Shown here in pieces: positions 8,552 to 19,215 of a DNA stretch of 64,000 bases (positions are counted from its first letter, which is position 1; each line of letters starts with the position of its first letter). The position numbers and the translations under genes are program-made. Source of the DNA: an uncultured bacterium (GTDB lineage Bacteria > Chlamydiota > Chlamydiia > Chlamydiales > CAZBXE01); contig CAZBXE010000005.1 of the NCBI GenBank assembly GCA_964496125.1, positions 86,084 through 150,083 on the forward strand, given 5' to 3'. Under the pieces are notes generated by a model. That model was not told where the DNA came from. It saw only the letters and a program-made list of their open reading frames with translations, and searched no databases.

Positions 8552-11223
8552 TTTACGCTCCCGAATAAAGTGTGGAGGATCTCTTTATGCTCGTTTTTAT
8601 GCAGTGCATAGGAGCCCACAGCAGGAGAGGCTGAGACTTGCCTTCCCATGTATTTTAGTTCCATTCCCTTCGGTAAAAGTTGCTGGATTTCCGTGTGAAT
8701 AAAGCTCCAAGCGCCCATATTCTTTGGCTCTTCTTGCACCCAAATGGCCTCTTCTAAACCTTTGTAGCTTTCAATGACTGCTGATAGACTCTCTTTGTGA
8801 AGCGGGTAGATCTGCTCGATACGAACAAGAGCGTCGGTAGGTAATTTGTGAGGAGCTAGCTCAACATACACGTGTCCGGTGCAGAAGAGAACTCTTTTGG
8901 GATTTTGTGGCTCTGTAGGGTCTTTTAAAATTTCATGAAACTCACCTTGAGCCAGATCGTCCAAGGAAGACGTGCAAGCAGGATGGCGCAAGAGAGCTTT
9001 TGGAGTGAGAATAATGAGAGGGGTTTCTGGTTTTCTCATCACTTGTCTTCGCAAAAGGTGAAAGAGTTGTGCTGGAAGCGAAGGGTAGACAATCTGCATG
9101 TTATGATTCCCCGCAAGGATTAAGAAACGCTCTAGACGGCACGAGGAGTGCTCGGGTCCTTGCCCCTCGTAGCCATGAGGAAGAAAAAGAACAATTCCAC
9201 TTGTCTGCGACCACTTTTGCTGTGATGTGGCAATGTACTGATCAATAATGATTTGAGCGCCATTGCAAAAGTCTCCAAACTGCGCTTCCCAAATCGTGAG
9301 TCCATCAGGCAGGCCTAAACTATACCCATACTCGAAACCAAGGGCTGCGTATTCAGAAAGAGGAGAGTTATAAATGGAAAAATCCCCCTGCCTACCACCA
9401 ATGTTCTTAAGAGGGATATGGTGTCCTTCTGTTAACTGGTCCATCCAGACGGCGTGGCGGTGGCTAAAGGTCCCTCTACAAGAGTCTTGGCCTGCAAGAC
9501 GGATATCAACTCCTTCACTTAAAAGGGTGGCATAAGCCAGGGTTTCCGCAGCTCCAAAATCAAACCCTCTCTTCCCTTCAGCCATATCCACGCGCTCTAC
9601 ATTCAAGCTTTCAATCTTTTTGTGAAGTGAAAAACCTGGAGGAACAGATGCCAGGCGTTTACTCAGATCCAAAAGTTTTTCCTTTGGTACCGAAGTTTTT
9701 ACCTTCTTAAAAGGATCAAGGAGCGTGCTTCCTGAAGTTTTTTTTGCGGTGCTTCGCGCTTTTTCTAGCGCCATAGACAGTCCTCTTTTGAAATCTTCCT
9801 CAAATTCCTTTACAAGGGAGCTATCAAAAGTTTCAGTCTGCTGCAGTTTTTGTAGGTAGAGGTCTCTGACTGGCGGCTTTTTTTTAATAATTTGATACTC
9901 AATTGGTTGTGTAAACGCAGGCTCATCCCCTTCGTTGTGGCCATACTTTCGGTAGCAATTCAGGTCGATGAATACATCTAACCCAAATCTTTGCCGGATT
10001 TCCAAGGCAAGCAGGCCTACAAACACACACTCTTCAGGATGCTCTCCATTAACATGAAAGACAGGCGCGCCAAAAGCTCTTGCGACGTCTGTGCAGTAGT
10101 AGGTAGATCTACCCTCATAAGGTCTTGTTGTAAACCCGATCTGGTTGTTAATCACAATATGCAACGTGCCCGCTGTCGCATAGCCACCTAAGTTCATCAT
10201 CTGAAGTGTTTCATACACAACTCCTTGACCCGCAAGAGCTGCGTCCCCATGAATCAGCAAAGGGATCACGTCTTTTTTTGCACCACCCTCTCTCATGTGG
10301 AGCAATTGCCTTGCAAAGGTTTGTCCCTCCACGACTGCATCAACTGACTCTAAGTGGCTCGGGTTGTTAGCGACTGTAAGTTTAACTTTTTTACCAGCTC
10401 TTGTTGTGATCACGCTGCGAAATCCCTTATGGTATTTCACATCGCCGCTTGTATCGAGTGTTTCTGGAAAATATCCTTCTTCAAATTCAGAAAAGACTTC
10501 TTCGTACGACTTGTCCAAGATATTGCAAAGAACATTCAATCTTCCCCGATGGGCCATCCCGATGATCAATTCTGATACCTCTTGCCGAGAGGCTATTTCA
10601 ATGATAAGGGCAAGCATTGGAATGAGGCTTTCCCCTCCCTCAAGAGAAAAACGCTTTTGCCCGGGGTACTTCGTATGGATGAAAGTTTCTAGTAGTTCTG
10701 AGCGATTGAGGTATTCGAGAGTATATTTTTTTTGCTCCAGTGGAAGAGAAATCTTTCCTTGTAAAGGCTCTATATGCCTCTGGATCCACCCAAGAAGTTC
10801 AGTATTTTCCGTTCCCATGAACTCATAGCCAATCTTGTCACAATAGATGGCTTTTAAAACGCTAAGTATTTTTTCTAAGGAAGCTTCGGGCTCAGGCAGT
10901 AAGGAAAAGGTAGGAAATTTTTTTGTCAGTTCCTCTTCTTTGAAATAGTGGGTTGCAAGCTGGAGCTCTCTTGGCGTTCTTTGGGAGGGAGAAGCAAGTG
11001 GATTAATCGAGGCGGCCAGGTGTCCGAAGGTTCTGTAGGCTTGGATCAGGTTGAACACACGGACGTCTCCCGCAAGAGGAGCTGGTTTTTCTAGGGAGAA
11101 ATCCGAAAAATTCTCAAAATATAATTTCCAAGAGGGATCTAAAGTTTGATCCTTTTTTAAATACCGCACATATTGCTCTTCTACAAAAGAAGCGCTCAAT
11201 AGAGGGGGAGTCTCTCTTGTCAT
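8548..11223 (-). CDS. sucA: 2-oxoglutarate dehydrogenase E1 component
   Basis: 891 aa with the ThDP-binding region ([24 protein letters not shown]) and the typical SucA length and order in sucA-sucB-lpd. Confidence 0.93.
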   Translation of the reverse strand: MTRETPPLLSASFVEEQYVRYLKKDQTLDPSWKLYFENFSDFSLEKPAPLAGDVRVFNLIQAYRTFGHLAASINPLASPSQRTPRELQLATHYFKEEELTKKFPTFSLLPEPEASLEKILSVLKAIYCDKIGYEFMGTENTELLGWIQRHIEPLQGKISLPLEQKKYTLEYLNRSELLETFIHTKYPGQKRFSLEGGESLIPMLALIIEIASRQEVSELIIGMAHRGRLNVLCNILDKSYEEVFSEFEEGYFPETLDTSGDVKYHKGFRSVITTRAGKKVKLTVANNPSHLESVDAVVEGQTFARQLLHMREGGAKKDVIPLLIHGDAALAGQGVVYETLQMMNLGGYATAGTLHIVINNQIGFTTRPYEGRSTYYCTDVARAFGAPVFHVNGEHPEECVFVGLLALEIRQRFGLDVFIDLNCYRKYGHNEGDEPAFTQPIEYQIIKKKPPVRDLYLQKLQQTETFDSSLVKEFEEDFKRGLSMALEKARSTAKKTSGSTLLDPFKKVKTSVPKEKLLDLSKRLASVPPGFSLHKKIESLNVERVDMAEGKRGFDFGAAETLAYATLLSEGVDIRLAGQDSCRGTFSHRHAVWMDQLTEGHHIPLKNIGGRQGDFSIYNSPLSEYAALGFEYGYSLGLPDGLTIWEAQFGDFCNGAQIIIDQYIATSQQKWSQTSGIVLFLPHGYEGQGPEHSSCRLERFLILAGNHNMQIVYPSLPAQLFHLLRRQVMRKPETPLIILTPKALLRHPACTSSLDDLAQGEFHEILKDPTEPQNPKRVLFCTGHVYVELAPHKLPTDALVRIEQIYPLHKESLSAVIESYKGLEEAIWVQEEPKNMGAWSFIHTEIQQLLPKGMELKYMGRQVSASPAVGSYALHKNEHKEILHTLFGSVK

Positions 11224-11330
11224 ATATTTTTCTTATAGCAACTTTAAATAATTTAAGCTAAAAAGATATAACTTGTTTAACTACAGAAAGTTGTAAGCTG
11301 TTAAGAAAGCGTGAAGAAATCCAAAATTCT

Positions 11331-14300
11331 TTGATAAAAAACGACAGTTGCTTTACAATGGTGTTTTTAGGAGAGTTTTCTGTGACAACCAAAGGCCGAA
11401 AAATTGCTTTATTCTTGAGTTTGGTCGCCGTTGTTGCTTTTTCTGCCCTTGTCGCATTTCTGCCCACAATTCTCTCCTCTGAGTGGGGCACAAATCTTCT
11501 TTTCGAAGCCTTCAACAAGCGTATTTCTGGAAAAGTTTTTGTGAAATCTGCACACTTCACCTGGTTTTCAGGGCAGAAACTAGGCAGCCTTTCTGTTCTT
11601 GATCAAAGAGACCAGGAGATTCTCTCCGCAGATACCGTACAAACAGAAGAGCCCTTTTGGAAGATCCTACTCTGCCCTGAAAACCTTAAACACTTGTTAG
11701 TAAGAAACTTACAAGCAGAAGTGATTCCTTATGGAGCTGGGGTAACGAATTTTCACGTAGCCCTTTTGAACCAAGCACCCGGAAGTGAGTCTGGACCTGC
11801 AATAAAGCTTTCGGATGTTTTTGCGGAAATGACGCTTCCCTCTCGCTCCTCTCCTCTAAAGATCGAGCTCCAAGGGAAGGCATTGCAACACGATCTAGGC
11901 GGCGAGTTTTCAATCCAAAGTAACCTTCAAGGGGCCGACCTCACAACCTTAAGCAAGATTCTAACCGAAAACGAGTTCTTACAAGAGAGTGAAGGTTATG
12001 TTAAAGTAAAAATTTCGAACTTGCCGGTCGATGCCCTGGATCACCTGTTCGCTTTGCAAAACCCAAGTGGACAAGGCATAGTGCGAGCTCTTCTTGGTGA
12101 AAGGCTAAACCTCGTAGTCGAAAAAAACTTTGTGCAAGGAGCTGTAAGCTTTGTTATCGATGCGAGCAGCCAGGGGCTCGACGCTAAACTTCTAGCACAT
12201 GTGCAAGGCAAAAAAATATCCTTGCTTGAACCTGCCCACATATCTCTTGAGCTTGAGCCTAAGCTTCTTGAACTTCTTCAAAAAAAAATTCCTTCTGAGT
12301 GGGCCCTTTCCTTAGAAGAGAGAAGCCGCGTGGAACTTTCTCTTACGAAACTAAGTATTCCTATAGTTGATAATGCGCTTCATCTTGCAAATGCCTCCTT
12401 CCTAGCAAATCTCACTCTTTCAAGAACCCTTTTGCACATGGATAAGGAAGGAAGAAGGGTCACAATAAAAGGCCTTAAGGGAACTGTTTCCAAGGTCGAG
12501 GCAAAAGAGGAGCTTCTTGTCAAACTAGATGGCGAAGCGCAAGCAAAACAACAGACAAGCCATTTAAAACTTGAAGCTAAGCTTCCTTTTTCAAACTTCA
12601 ATAGCTCTCTTGGGAACCTTCCCCTTTGGTCTGCTCTTTCTCTGGAGAGCATGCATATTCCATCGGCTGCCCTCGAAAAATTTTTTTCGGTTCCGAGTGA
12701 ACTCCGACAAGCCTTTGGCTCCTATGTAGACTTGCAGTTAAGCTCTGTTGCGACAAGTGGTCGGGTTGAGGCGACTTTTACTTTAAGCAGTGACACGATC
12801 CGCCTTCCCAATATCCAATTTGCATATGATGAAAGTGGACTCTTCTTGCAACAGCCAGCTGTTGGGATGTTCATTGCCGACTCTCATGGGGCTCCTTTGC
12901 GATTTGAAAATGGTCTAGAGCTTGAAACCTTTTCTCCGATTCAGTTTACAGTAAAAGAGCTTTCTTTTCCGGGTTGGAAAATAGGCGATCCACTTTTTCC
13001 GAAGATGCAGATTGCGGCCACCTTGAATGCAGAACAGCTCACCCTCTCCACAAAGCAAGATTCAATTGCATTACAGAAGGTAGAAGCAGCAATCCTCTTA
13101 CCCAGCCTGGCAAAAGGGCAACTTCTCCTCACGGGCGAGCTTTTCTTCCCCATGGAACACTCTTTCCTACAGGCGCTTGTTGGCAAAAGGGGATCTTTTG
13201 CCGTCAGCAGCGAATTGACTCTTGCAGAATCAGGGCTTATCTCCTTCCACAATCTTCAAGGGACAGCAGAAGGTGAAGGAGCACATCTCTCTTTTGCCGG
13301 AGAAAAAGTTCTCGATCAACCTTTTATGCTTACAAGACCTCTCTTGCTGAATATGAACCTGACTCAGGAGAGGTGGAACTTACTCTCGACGTTTAAAAAT
13401 CACCCTTTCCAACTTGAAAAAGAGGCTCTTCTAGCCCTTCGCATAGATCGGATTAGCTTCCCCATGAGGGCAAAAAGCTTTCAAGAAGTGCTCTTGGATG
13501 CAAAGTTGACAGCGGATGAAATCTCTATCGTGGACCAAGTCACCGGAGAAAAAGCTTCGTTTGCCAAACTAGAAGCTGATTTAAAGCTAAATTGCCCAAG
13601 TCAAGAAGCGATTTTCAATCTGCAAAGCACAATTTCCACCCCCAACGCCATAGATGGCACTGTGGCTCTGAAAGCATCGATCACGGATGTTCATGTTTTT
13701 GAGGGCAGCCTTACGTGCAAGGGGCTTCCAGTATTCATTGCAGAAGGGGTTGCTGGTCAAACGAATTTAAAACCCCTCCTGGGTAAGGATATCAACATCC
13801 TCTTGAAAACCTTTAAGGATGGAGCTGTCAAGCTCTCTGTTGAGGCAGATGCATTTAAAGCGGAAACTTCTCTCATCCTCGCCGAAAATCGTCTTGTCAC
13901 TCATCCGGAGGAACCGACCAAAATCATAGGCACACTTACCCCAGAGCAGGCTAGGCTTTTGCTTGCCTACGCACAAAAAGAGAAACCTAATTTTGTTCTC
14001 AGCAGCCCGGTAGAATTCGAAGTCGATGCTTCAAAATTAGAAATCCCACTATCTGGCTCTGAGGGCAAGCTGCGCAAACCAGACTGGAACAATCTTTCGC
14101 TCTCGTTAAAAGGACACATGAGAGGACCGACCTTCACACGGACGGAAGCAGAAAAAAAACTTGAGTTCTCAAAAATTGAAGGCACCATAGACCTCTTTGA
14201 TGCAAAACAAAAAGTGTTTTTCACTCTATTAGGACAGCCTGTAGAAGGAGCTTTAGAAAAAAATCAATTCGCACTCTCTGGAAAGATGGCTGATCTTTTC

Positions 14301-15383
14301 GATCCAAAGGGTGGGCTTGATCTTCAGAATATGAGTATTTCTCTGGAGGCAACAACAAGAAAAATCCCTGCTTCGTTTCTTGGACAATATGGGCAGGTTG
14401 ATGCCTATTGGCTTTCCCGTTTTAAAGCTCTCTTTGGTGAAAATGTAGATATGATCGTTTCAGCAAATCTCTTCAAGAAGGAGGGGGATTTGGATGTAGC
14501 GGTAAAAGGGGAACTTGGCGCCATGACATGTAAAGGAGTCATCAGAAATGGGATTTTCACCCTGGAGCAGCCTCTTGAAGCAGAGCTTAGCGTAACGGAA
14601 GCGCTTGGCGCTACAATTCTGCAAGACATTATTCCCATTCTCTCCTCTGCAAACCGTTCTGAGACATCCATCTATCTCCACATAGCAAGAGAGGGGTTCT
14701 CTCTTCCGATTGCACCTTTTGATTTATCTCAAGTAAAAATCAAGTCTGCTGTTGTTGATCTTGGAAAAATGCACTTTCATGCCAATGGACAACTCTCTCA
14801 GCTCCTTCAGCTGCTTAAAGCAGATGCTCTGATAAACCCTACAGTCTGGTTTACACCTCTTTATTTTAGTGTAAAGGAAGGTTTGATTCACACAGAGCGC
14901 GTTGATTTTCTAATCAACCACTCCTATCCGCTTGCTCTCTGGGGAGATATCGATATGGCTCGCGGCAAGATAAAAATGACACTTGGCCTTTCTGCTGAAG
15001 CGCTCCATCTTGCCTTCGGCATCTCAGGGCTTGAGAAAAGTTATATCCTTCAACTCCCCTTAAAGGGTCCAACAGGAAGCGCAAAAATTGATAAAGCAAA
15101 AGCTATGACAAAAATCACCGCTCTTCTTGCTCAAACACAAGGAGGACCACAAGGAGTCATCGTAGGCGGAGTGATTGATGTTCTCGGGGGCGGTAGCCTG
15201 CAGGAAAAGCGAGCTCCAGCTCCCACGACAAGCCCTCTTCCGTGGGACCAAGGGGATCATGCAGCAACAGACACTCAAAAAACTCCTAACGGTCCTCTCG
15301 AGTTTTCCAAGAGCTTACTTGAAAAAGGGGCTCAAAAGTTTCTAAACCTCTTCAATATCAAAACAGCTCCGAAAGAAGGGTAA
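11331..15383 (+). CDS. Very large N-terminally anchored envelope protein (possibly AsmA/TamB-like)
   Basis: 1350-aa uninterrupted ORF with one N-terminal TM helix (IALFLSLVAVVAFSALVAFLP). The remainder is beta-rich with low charge clustering and no catalytic motif. The start codon is uncertain: TTG at 11331, or the Met 9 codons in. Confidence 0.8.
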   Translation: MIKNDSCFTMVFLGEFSVTTKGRKIALFLSLVAVVAFSALVAFLPTILSSEWGTNLLFEAFNKRISGKVFVKSAHFTWFSGQKLGSLSVLDQRDQEILSADTVQTEEPFWKILLCPENLKHLLVRNLQAEVIPYGAGVTNFHVALLNQAPGSESGPAIKLSDVFAEMTLPSRSSPLKIELQGKALQHDLGGEFSIQSNLQGADLTTLSKILTENEFLQESEGYVKVKISNLPVDALDHLFALQNPSGQGIVRALLGERLNLVVEKNFVQGAVSFVIDASSQGLDAKLLAHVQGKKISLLEPAHISLELEPKLLELLQKKIPSEWALSLEERSRVELSLTKLSIPIVDNALHLANASFLANLTLSRTLLHMDKEGRRVTIKGLKGTVSKVEAKEELLVKLDGEAQAKQQTSHLKLEAKLPFSNFNSSLGNLPLWSALSLESMHIPSAALEKFFSVPSELRQAFGSYVDLQLSSVATSGRVEATFTLSSDTIRLPNIQFAYDESGLFLQQPAVGMFIADSHGAPLRFENGLELETFSPIQFTVKELSFPGWKIGDPLFPKMQIAATLNAEQLTLSTKQDSIALQKVEAAILLPSLAKGQLLLTGELFFPMEHSFLQALVGKRGSFAVSSELTLAESGLISFHNLQGTAEGEGAHLSFAGEKVLDQPFMLTRPLLLNMNLTQERWNLLSTFKNHPFQLEKEALLALRIDRISFPMRAKSFQEVLLDAKLTADEISIVDQVTGEKASFAKLEADLKLNCPSQEAIFNLQSTISTPNAIDGTVALKASITDVHVFEGSLTCKGLPVFIAEGVAGQTNLKPLLGKDINILLKTFKDGAVKLSVEADAFKAETSLILAENRLVTHPEEPTKIIGTLTPEQARLLLAYAQKEKPNFVLSSPVEFEVDASKLEIPLSGSEGKLRKPDWNNLSLSLKGHMRGPTFTRTEAEKKLEFSKIEGTIDLFDAKQKVFFTLLGQPVEGALEKNQFALSGKMADLFDPKGGLDLQNMSISLEATTRKIPASFLGQYGQVDAYWLSRFKALFGENVDMIVSANLFKKEGDLDVAVKGELGAMTCKGVIRNGIFTLEQPLEAELSVTEALGATILQDIIPILSSANRSETSIYLHIAREGFSLPIAPFDLSQVKIKSAVVDLGKMHFHANGQLSQLLQLLKADALINPTVWFTPLYFSVKEGLIHTERVDFLINHSYPLALWGDIDMARGKIKMTLGLSAEALHLAFGISGLEKSYILQLPLKGPTGSAKIDKAKAMTKITALLAQTQGGPQGVIVGGVIDVLGGGSLQEKRAPAPTTSPLPWDQGDHAATDTQKTPNGPLEFSKSLLEKGAQKFLNLFNIKTAPKEG

Positions 15384-15389
15384 TTTTAA

Positions 15390-16016
15390 GTGTTTACAGG
15401 CATAGTTGAAGAAATGGGGACCATTTTAGCCATGAGACGGATCCCGTGCGGAATTTCTTTCGGTATTGAGGCCTCAAGCCTTCTTGTTCATCTAAATCTT
15501 GGGGATTCTATCTCGGTCAATGGGGTCTGTCTGACCGCCTGCGCAAAATCAGAAGGTGTGTTTTTTGTGGAAGCAGTTGAGGAGACCTTAAGCAAAACAA
15601 ACCTCTCTTCTCTTCGAGAAGGCTCCCTTGTCAATCTTGAAAGGGCGCTTACTTTGGATAAAAGATTGGGGGGGCACATTGTCCACGGTCACGTTGATGG
15701 TGTTGGAGAGATCATTCAGAAAACGCAAAATGCTCAAGACGATAGTTTTGTTTTAGAAATTGCCCTTCCGGATTCGTTGTTAAAATACGTTGTTGAGAAG
15801 GGCTCCCTTGCTATCGATGGGATTAGCCTTACTCCCTTTGAAGTTTCGGATACAACTTTAAAAGTTGCCATTATCCCCCATACAGCTAAAATGACGACAC
15901 TTCAATTCAAAAGAGTTCATGATAAGGTGAACATTGAAGCCGATATTCTTGCAAAATATCTTGAGAAACTTGTTGTGGAATATCCCAAAAAGATGCGAAG
16001 CTGTACCCTTGAATAA
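15390..16016 (+). CDS. ribE: Riboflavin synthase alpha chain
   Basis: MFTGIVEE N-terminus and duplicated lumazine-binding halves (SISVNGVCLT / SLAIDGISLT). GTG start. Confidence 0.9.
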   Translation: MFTGIVEEMGTILAMRRIPCGISFGIEASSLLVHLNLGDSISVNGVCLTACAKSEGVFFVEAVEETLSKTNLSSLREGSLVNLERALTLDKRLGGHIVHGHVDGVGEIIQKTQNAQDDSFVLEIALPDSLLKYVVEKGSLAIDGISLTPFEVSDTTLKVAIIPHTAKMTTLQFKRVHDKVNIEADILAKYLEKLVVEYPKKMRSCTLE

Positions 16017-16039
16017 TACGCATTAGGGGTAGTGACATT

Positions 16040-17272
16040 ATGAGCTTTGATTCGATCGAAGATGCACTTAAGGCCTATAGCCAGGGGGTATTCGTCATCG
16101 TCTGTGATGACCAGGACCGTGAAAATGAAGGCGACTTAATGATTGCGGCTGAAAAAGTTACGCCCTCAGACATTGCTTTTATGGTCCGATATACAACCGG
16201 CATTATCTGTGTGCCCATGGAAGCCAAGCGTCTTCGAGAGCTCGACATCCCCCCCATGGTAGTAAAGAACACAGCGAAGGGGCAAACAAGCTTTACAGTT
16301 CCTGTTGACTGTCGCCATTCTACAACAACGGGGGTCTCTGCCGAAGACCGAGCAGCTACCATCCGATCTCTTCTCGATTCCAAGGCAAAACCTGACGATT
16401 TCCTACGACCTGGCCATATCTTCCCTCTTATTTACAATGAGGGAGGCGTTCTAGCTCGTCCCGGACACACAGAATCTGCAGTGGACCTGGCTAAAATCTG
16501 CGGTCTTTACCCCGCTGGCGTTCTCTGTGAACTGGTCAATGATGATGGATCCATGATGCGTGGCCCTGATCTTCATAAATTTGCAAAAGAGCATCAGCTG
16601 CCTATTATTACTGTGCAAGACATCATCGAATACCGAAGAGCCAACGAAAGCCAGGTAACACGGGTCTCTTCAGCTAGACTTCCGACAAAACACGGCTCTT
16701 TCCAAGGAATAGTATACACCTCGAAACTAAATAACCTAGAGCACCTCGCTCTAGTTAAAGGAGAGGTTGCAGGGAAAGAAGGCGTTTTGGTGAGAGTTCA
16801 TAGTGAGTGTATTACAGGGGATGTCTTTGATTCCTTTCGTTGTGACTGCGGACTTCAAAAATCCCTTGCGATGGAACTGATTCAAAAAGAAGAAGAAGGC
16901 ATTCTGATCCATCTAAGAGGCCACGAGGGGCGAGGCATTGGACTTGCGGCAAAATTTAGGGCATATGAGTTACAAGATCAGGGGCTAGATACCGTCGAAG
17001 CTAACCTAGAGTTAGGTCACCCCGTTGACATAAGAGAGTACTCCATAGCTGCACAGATTTTAAAGGATATGGGTGTTGTTTCAGTTCGTCTTCTGACCAA
17101 TAATCCAGATAAGTCCGCAAGCCTAGCCAAATATAAAGTAAGGGTTGAGGAACAGGTGCCTCTTCTTCCTGAAATTAGTTCAGAAAATCAATATACCTAT
17201 CTTCAGACAAAAAAAGAAAAGCTTGGACATTCCATTACTTTCTCCCCCCTTACTGGGACCTATACAAAGTAG
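16040..17272 (+). CDS. ribBA: Bifunctional 3,4-dihydroxy-2-butanone-4-phosphate synthase / GTP cyclohydrolase II
   Basis: DRENEGDL and PGHTE (DHBP synthase half). VHSECITGDVF..FRCDCG and HEGRGIGL (GCH II half). Confidence 0.93.
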   Translation: MSFDSIEDALKAYSQGVFVIVCDDQDRENEGDLMIAAEKVTPSDIAFMVRYTTGIICVPMEAKRLRELDIPPMVVKNTAKGQTSFTVPVDCRHSTTTGVSAEDRAATIRSLLDSKAKPDDFLRPGHIFPLIYNEGGVLARPGHTESAVDLAKICGLYPAGVLCELVNDDGSMMRGPDLHKFAKEHQLPIITVQDIIEYRRANESQVTRVSSARLPTKHGSFQGIVYTSKLNNLEHLALVKGEVAGKEGVLVRVHSECITGDVFDSFRCDCGLQKSLAMELIQKEEEGILIHLRGHEGRGIGLAAKFRAYELQDQGLDTVEANLELGHPVDIREYSIAAQILKDMGVVSVRLLTNNPDKSASLAKYKVRVEEQVPLLPEISSENQYTYLQTKKEKLGHSITFSPLTGTYTK

Positions 17273-17719
17273 ATGGAGTACAAAGGGGATCCTGATACGA
17301 CAGGCTTAAAACTTGCCATTGTCATTAGCCGCTTCAATGAAGAAGTAACCCTCCCTATTGCCGAGAAGGCAAAACAGGCATGTCATGACTTTAAAGTCTC
17401 CAAATATGACCTTGTTTGGGTGCCCGGCGCTTTCGAAATTCCCTTTATGACAAAACAGCTTTTAGACACAGGTCACTACAATGCGGCGGTCTGCTTAGGG
17501 GCTGTTATTCGGGGTGAAACGTCCCATTTTGATTACATCTGTGCCCATGTTGCTCAGCAGATTGGCAAGCTTGGGCTTGCCTATGACTACCCCATACTCT
17601 TTGGAGTGTTGACAACCGATACCACAGAGCAGGCAAAACATCGCATCCACAAGTCTGGGTATGAAACGGTCGCTGCCGCCGTTCTGATGCATAGCCTTCT
17701 GCTAAATATACGCAAATAA
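17273..17719 (+). CDS. ribH: 6,7-dimethyl-8-ribityllumazine synthase
   Basis: 148 aa with VPGAFEIP, GAVIRGETSHFDY and GVLT motifs. It abuts the ribBA stop. Confidence 0.92.
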   Translation: MEYKGDPDTTGLKLAIVISRFNEEVTLPIAEKAKQACHDFKVSKYDLVWVPGAFEIPFMTKQLLDTGHYNAAVCLGAVIRGETSHFDYICAHVAQQIGKLGLAYDYPILFGVLTTDTTEQAKHRIHKSGYETVAAAVLMHSLLLNIRK

Positions 17720-17734
17720 CAAGAAAATCTAGGA

Positions 17735-17908
17735 ATATACACAAATGAATGGGAAAGTTGTAATATGCCAAGGAAGCTCTCTCAATTTTTGTAAGAGGTA
17801 GCGGCGTCGAAGCAGCTCTGGTTAAATACCAGAGTAATGCAGACCGGCACAAATTGAGGAATTGTCCGACGCAGGCAGAAACAAACTTTCCAGTATGTTT
17901 GTGTATAT
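17735..17908 (+). mobile_element. MITE-like 174-bp element with perfect 11-bp terminal inverted repeats
   Basis: The left end ATATACACAAA (17735-17745) is the exact reverse complement of the right end TTTGTGTATAT (17898-17908). The interior contains a CTCTGG-ttaaata-CCAGAG hairpin. There is no credible ORF, and it fills the ribH-aroC intergenic space. Confidence 0.7.
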
Positions 17909-17919
17909 GTGTGTATAAA

Positions 17920-19008
17920 TTATAGGGCAGGTGAGAGGCGGGAGGCAAGAAGCGCATCCGCAAGCACAAGGGAGCACATGGCCTCTACAACAGGGACAGC
18001 TCTGATCGCAATGCACGGATCGTGCCGCGCTCCTTCATTGAACTCAAGAGTAGCGGGCTCTCCTTGTAACGTTGCTGTCATTTGTGTTTTACGGATACTA
18101 GATGTAGGTTTGAATGCACACCTAACAATGAGGGGAAGGCCCGTGGTAATCCCGCCCAAAATGCCCCCTGCTAAGTTTCGAGCAGGTTTTACAATACCAT
18201 CAACAACCACAAAAGGATCATTGTGTAACGACCCTTTTAGTTCAGCGGCGCCAAATCCTTCGCCAACCTCGAATCCTCGGCTTCCAGGGATAGAAAGAAG
18301 CGCTTTGGCAAGATTTGCTTCTATTTTTTCATAAATAGGATCGCCAAGACCTGCCTTTACACCAAAGGCTACGACTTCAACTACTCCACCTAGAGAATCG
18401 CCCTCAGCCTTGACCTTCTCTAAAAGGGAAATCATCTTCTTTTCTACTTCTATTTCAGGGCAAAAAAGAGGACTATTTTCAATCACAGGACGCACATTTT
18501 GCTCGGGTGTAACAGCAATAGAGCAGTTACCGACTTGCCTTAAGTATCCCATAACATGAATCTTATGAAGACAAAGAAGTTGTTTAGCTACAGCTCCAGC
18601 AGCAACTCTACAAGCTGTTTCTCGAGCTGATGCCCTCCCTCCTCCTCTGTAGTCAAACACGCCGTATTTTTCTAAGTAGGTATAGTTTGCATGACCAGGA
18701 CGATAAAGGTCCTTGAGTGGCTGGTAAGCGTCACTTTTTGCATCCAGGTTCCAAATGAGAAGAGAAATAGGGGTTCCCGTTGTTTTTCCCTCAAATACTC
18801 CCGAGAGGATTTCACAAACGTCTGGTTCTTTGCGAGGTGATGTATGTAGCCGAACACTTGGCGCTCTTCTGTTAAGCTCAGTCTGGATATCTTGTTCTAC
18901 GAGGCAAAGGCCTGCTGGACAGCCGTCGATCACGACTCCGATTGCTTTACCATGTGACTCGCCCCATGTTGTAATTCTAAAGTGTGTTCCAAAACTATTG
19001 CTTGCCAT
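17920..19008 (-). CDS. aroC: Chorismate synthase
   Basis: MASNSFGTHFRITTWGESHG N-terminus, GRSSARETA-like GGRASARETACRV, and RHDPC. The track ORF extends 35 codons upstream into repeat-like sequence, so I start at Met36. Confidence 0.92.
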   Translation of the reverse strand: MASNSFGTHFRITTWGESHGKAIGVVIDGCPAGLCLVEQDIQTELNRRAPSVRLHTSPRKEPDVCEILSGVFEGKTTGTPISLLIWNLDAKSDAYQPLKDLYRPGHANYTYLEKYGVFDYRGGGRASARETACRVAAGAVAKQLLCLHKIHVMGYLRQVGNCSIAVTPEQNVRPVIENSPLFCPEIEVEKKMISLLEKVKAEGDSLGGVVEVVAFGVKAGLGDPIYEKIEANLAKALLSIPGSRGFEVGEGFGAAELKGSLHNDPFVVVDGIVKPARNLAGGILGGITTGLPLIVRCAFKPTSSIRKTQMTATLQGEPATLEFNEGARHDPCIAIRAVPVVEAMCSLVLADALLASRLSPAL

Positions 19009-19215
19009 GCGAGAGACTATACTCGATACTGCAAATATGCACAATTGAACTGGAAAATTTGTGTATAGAGCAAGAAGGAGCTGGGTTACATCGAAAAATA
19101 GAGCATGGAGCATGATCTTGTTGTTTCCTTAACAAAAAGTTTATGTTGAGTTAACATTTCTGCAGTCTAATGAGCCTCATAAATTTTTACATTTAGTATA
19201 CAAAAGGAGATAAAT

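Noticed and set aside
10295-10828. 177-aa ORF antisense inside sucA, and the similar long shadows 32055-32465 in gyrB, 45015-45491 in mgtE, 60827-61303 in nuoM and 22284-22691 in the giant ORF.
   Set aside because: They lie fully inside genes with unmistakable family signatures on the other strand or frame. Their Ser/Arg/Cys-rich composition is typical of antisense frames.
15384-15389. FMN riboswitch (RFN element) expected upstream of a ribE-ribBA-ribH operon.
   Set aside because: Only 6 nt separate ribE from the preceding 1350-aa gene, so there is no room for a ~130-nt RFN element. I also did not see the conserved RFN core inside the 3' end of the upstream gene.
17505-18334. Track ORFs 17505-17969 (-), 17822-18016 (-) and 17909-18334 (+) spanning the ribH/aroC junction.
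   Set aside because: They run through the MITE-like repeat or antisense to ribH and aroC. They have Cys/Arg/Ser-rich junk composition and no ribosome-binding site. Their apparent conservation with 20008-20205 is just the DNA repeat.
19009-19113. 35-codon N-terminal extension of aroC. Similar extensions occur on adk (5132-5170), mgtE (44677-44766), nuoM (61687-61743) and the ots-operon orphan (55974-56129).
   Set aside because: The extensions overlap upstream genes, terminators or repeat sequence. They precede Met residues that align with the canonical family N-termini.
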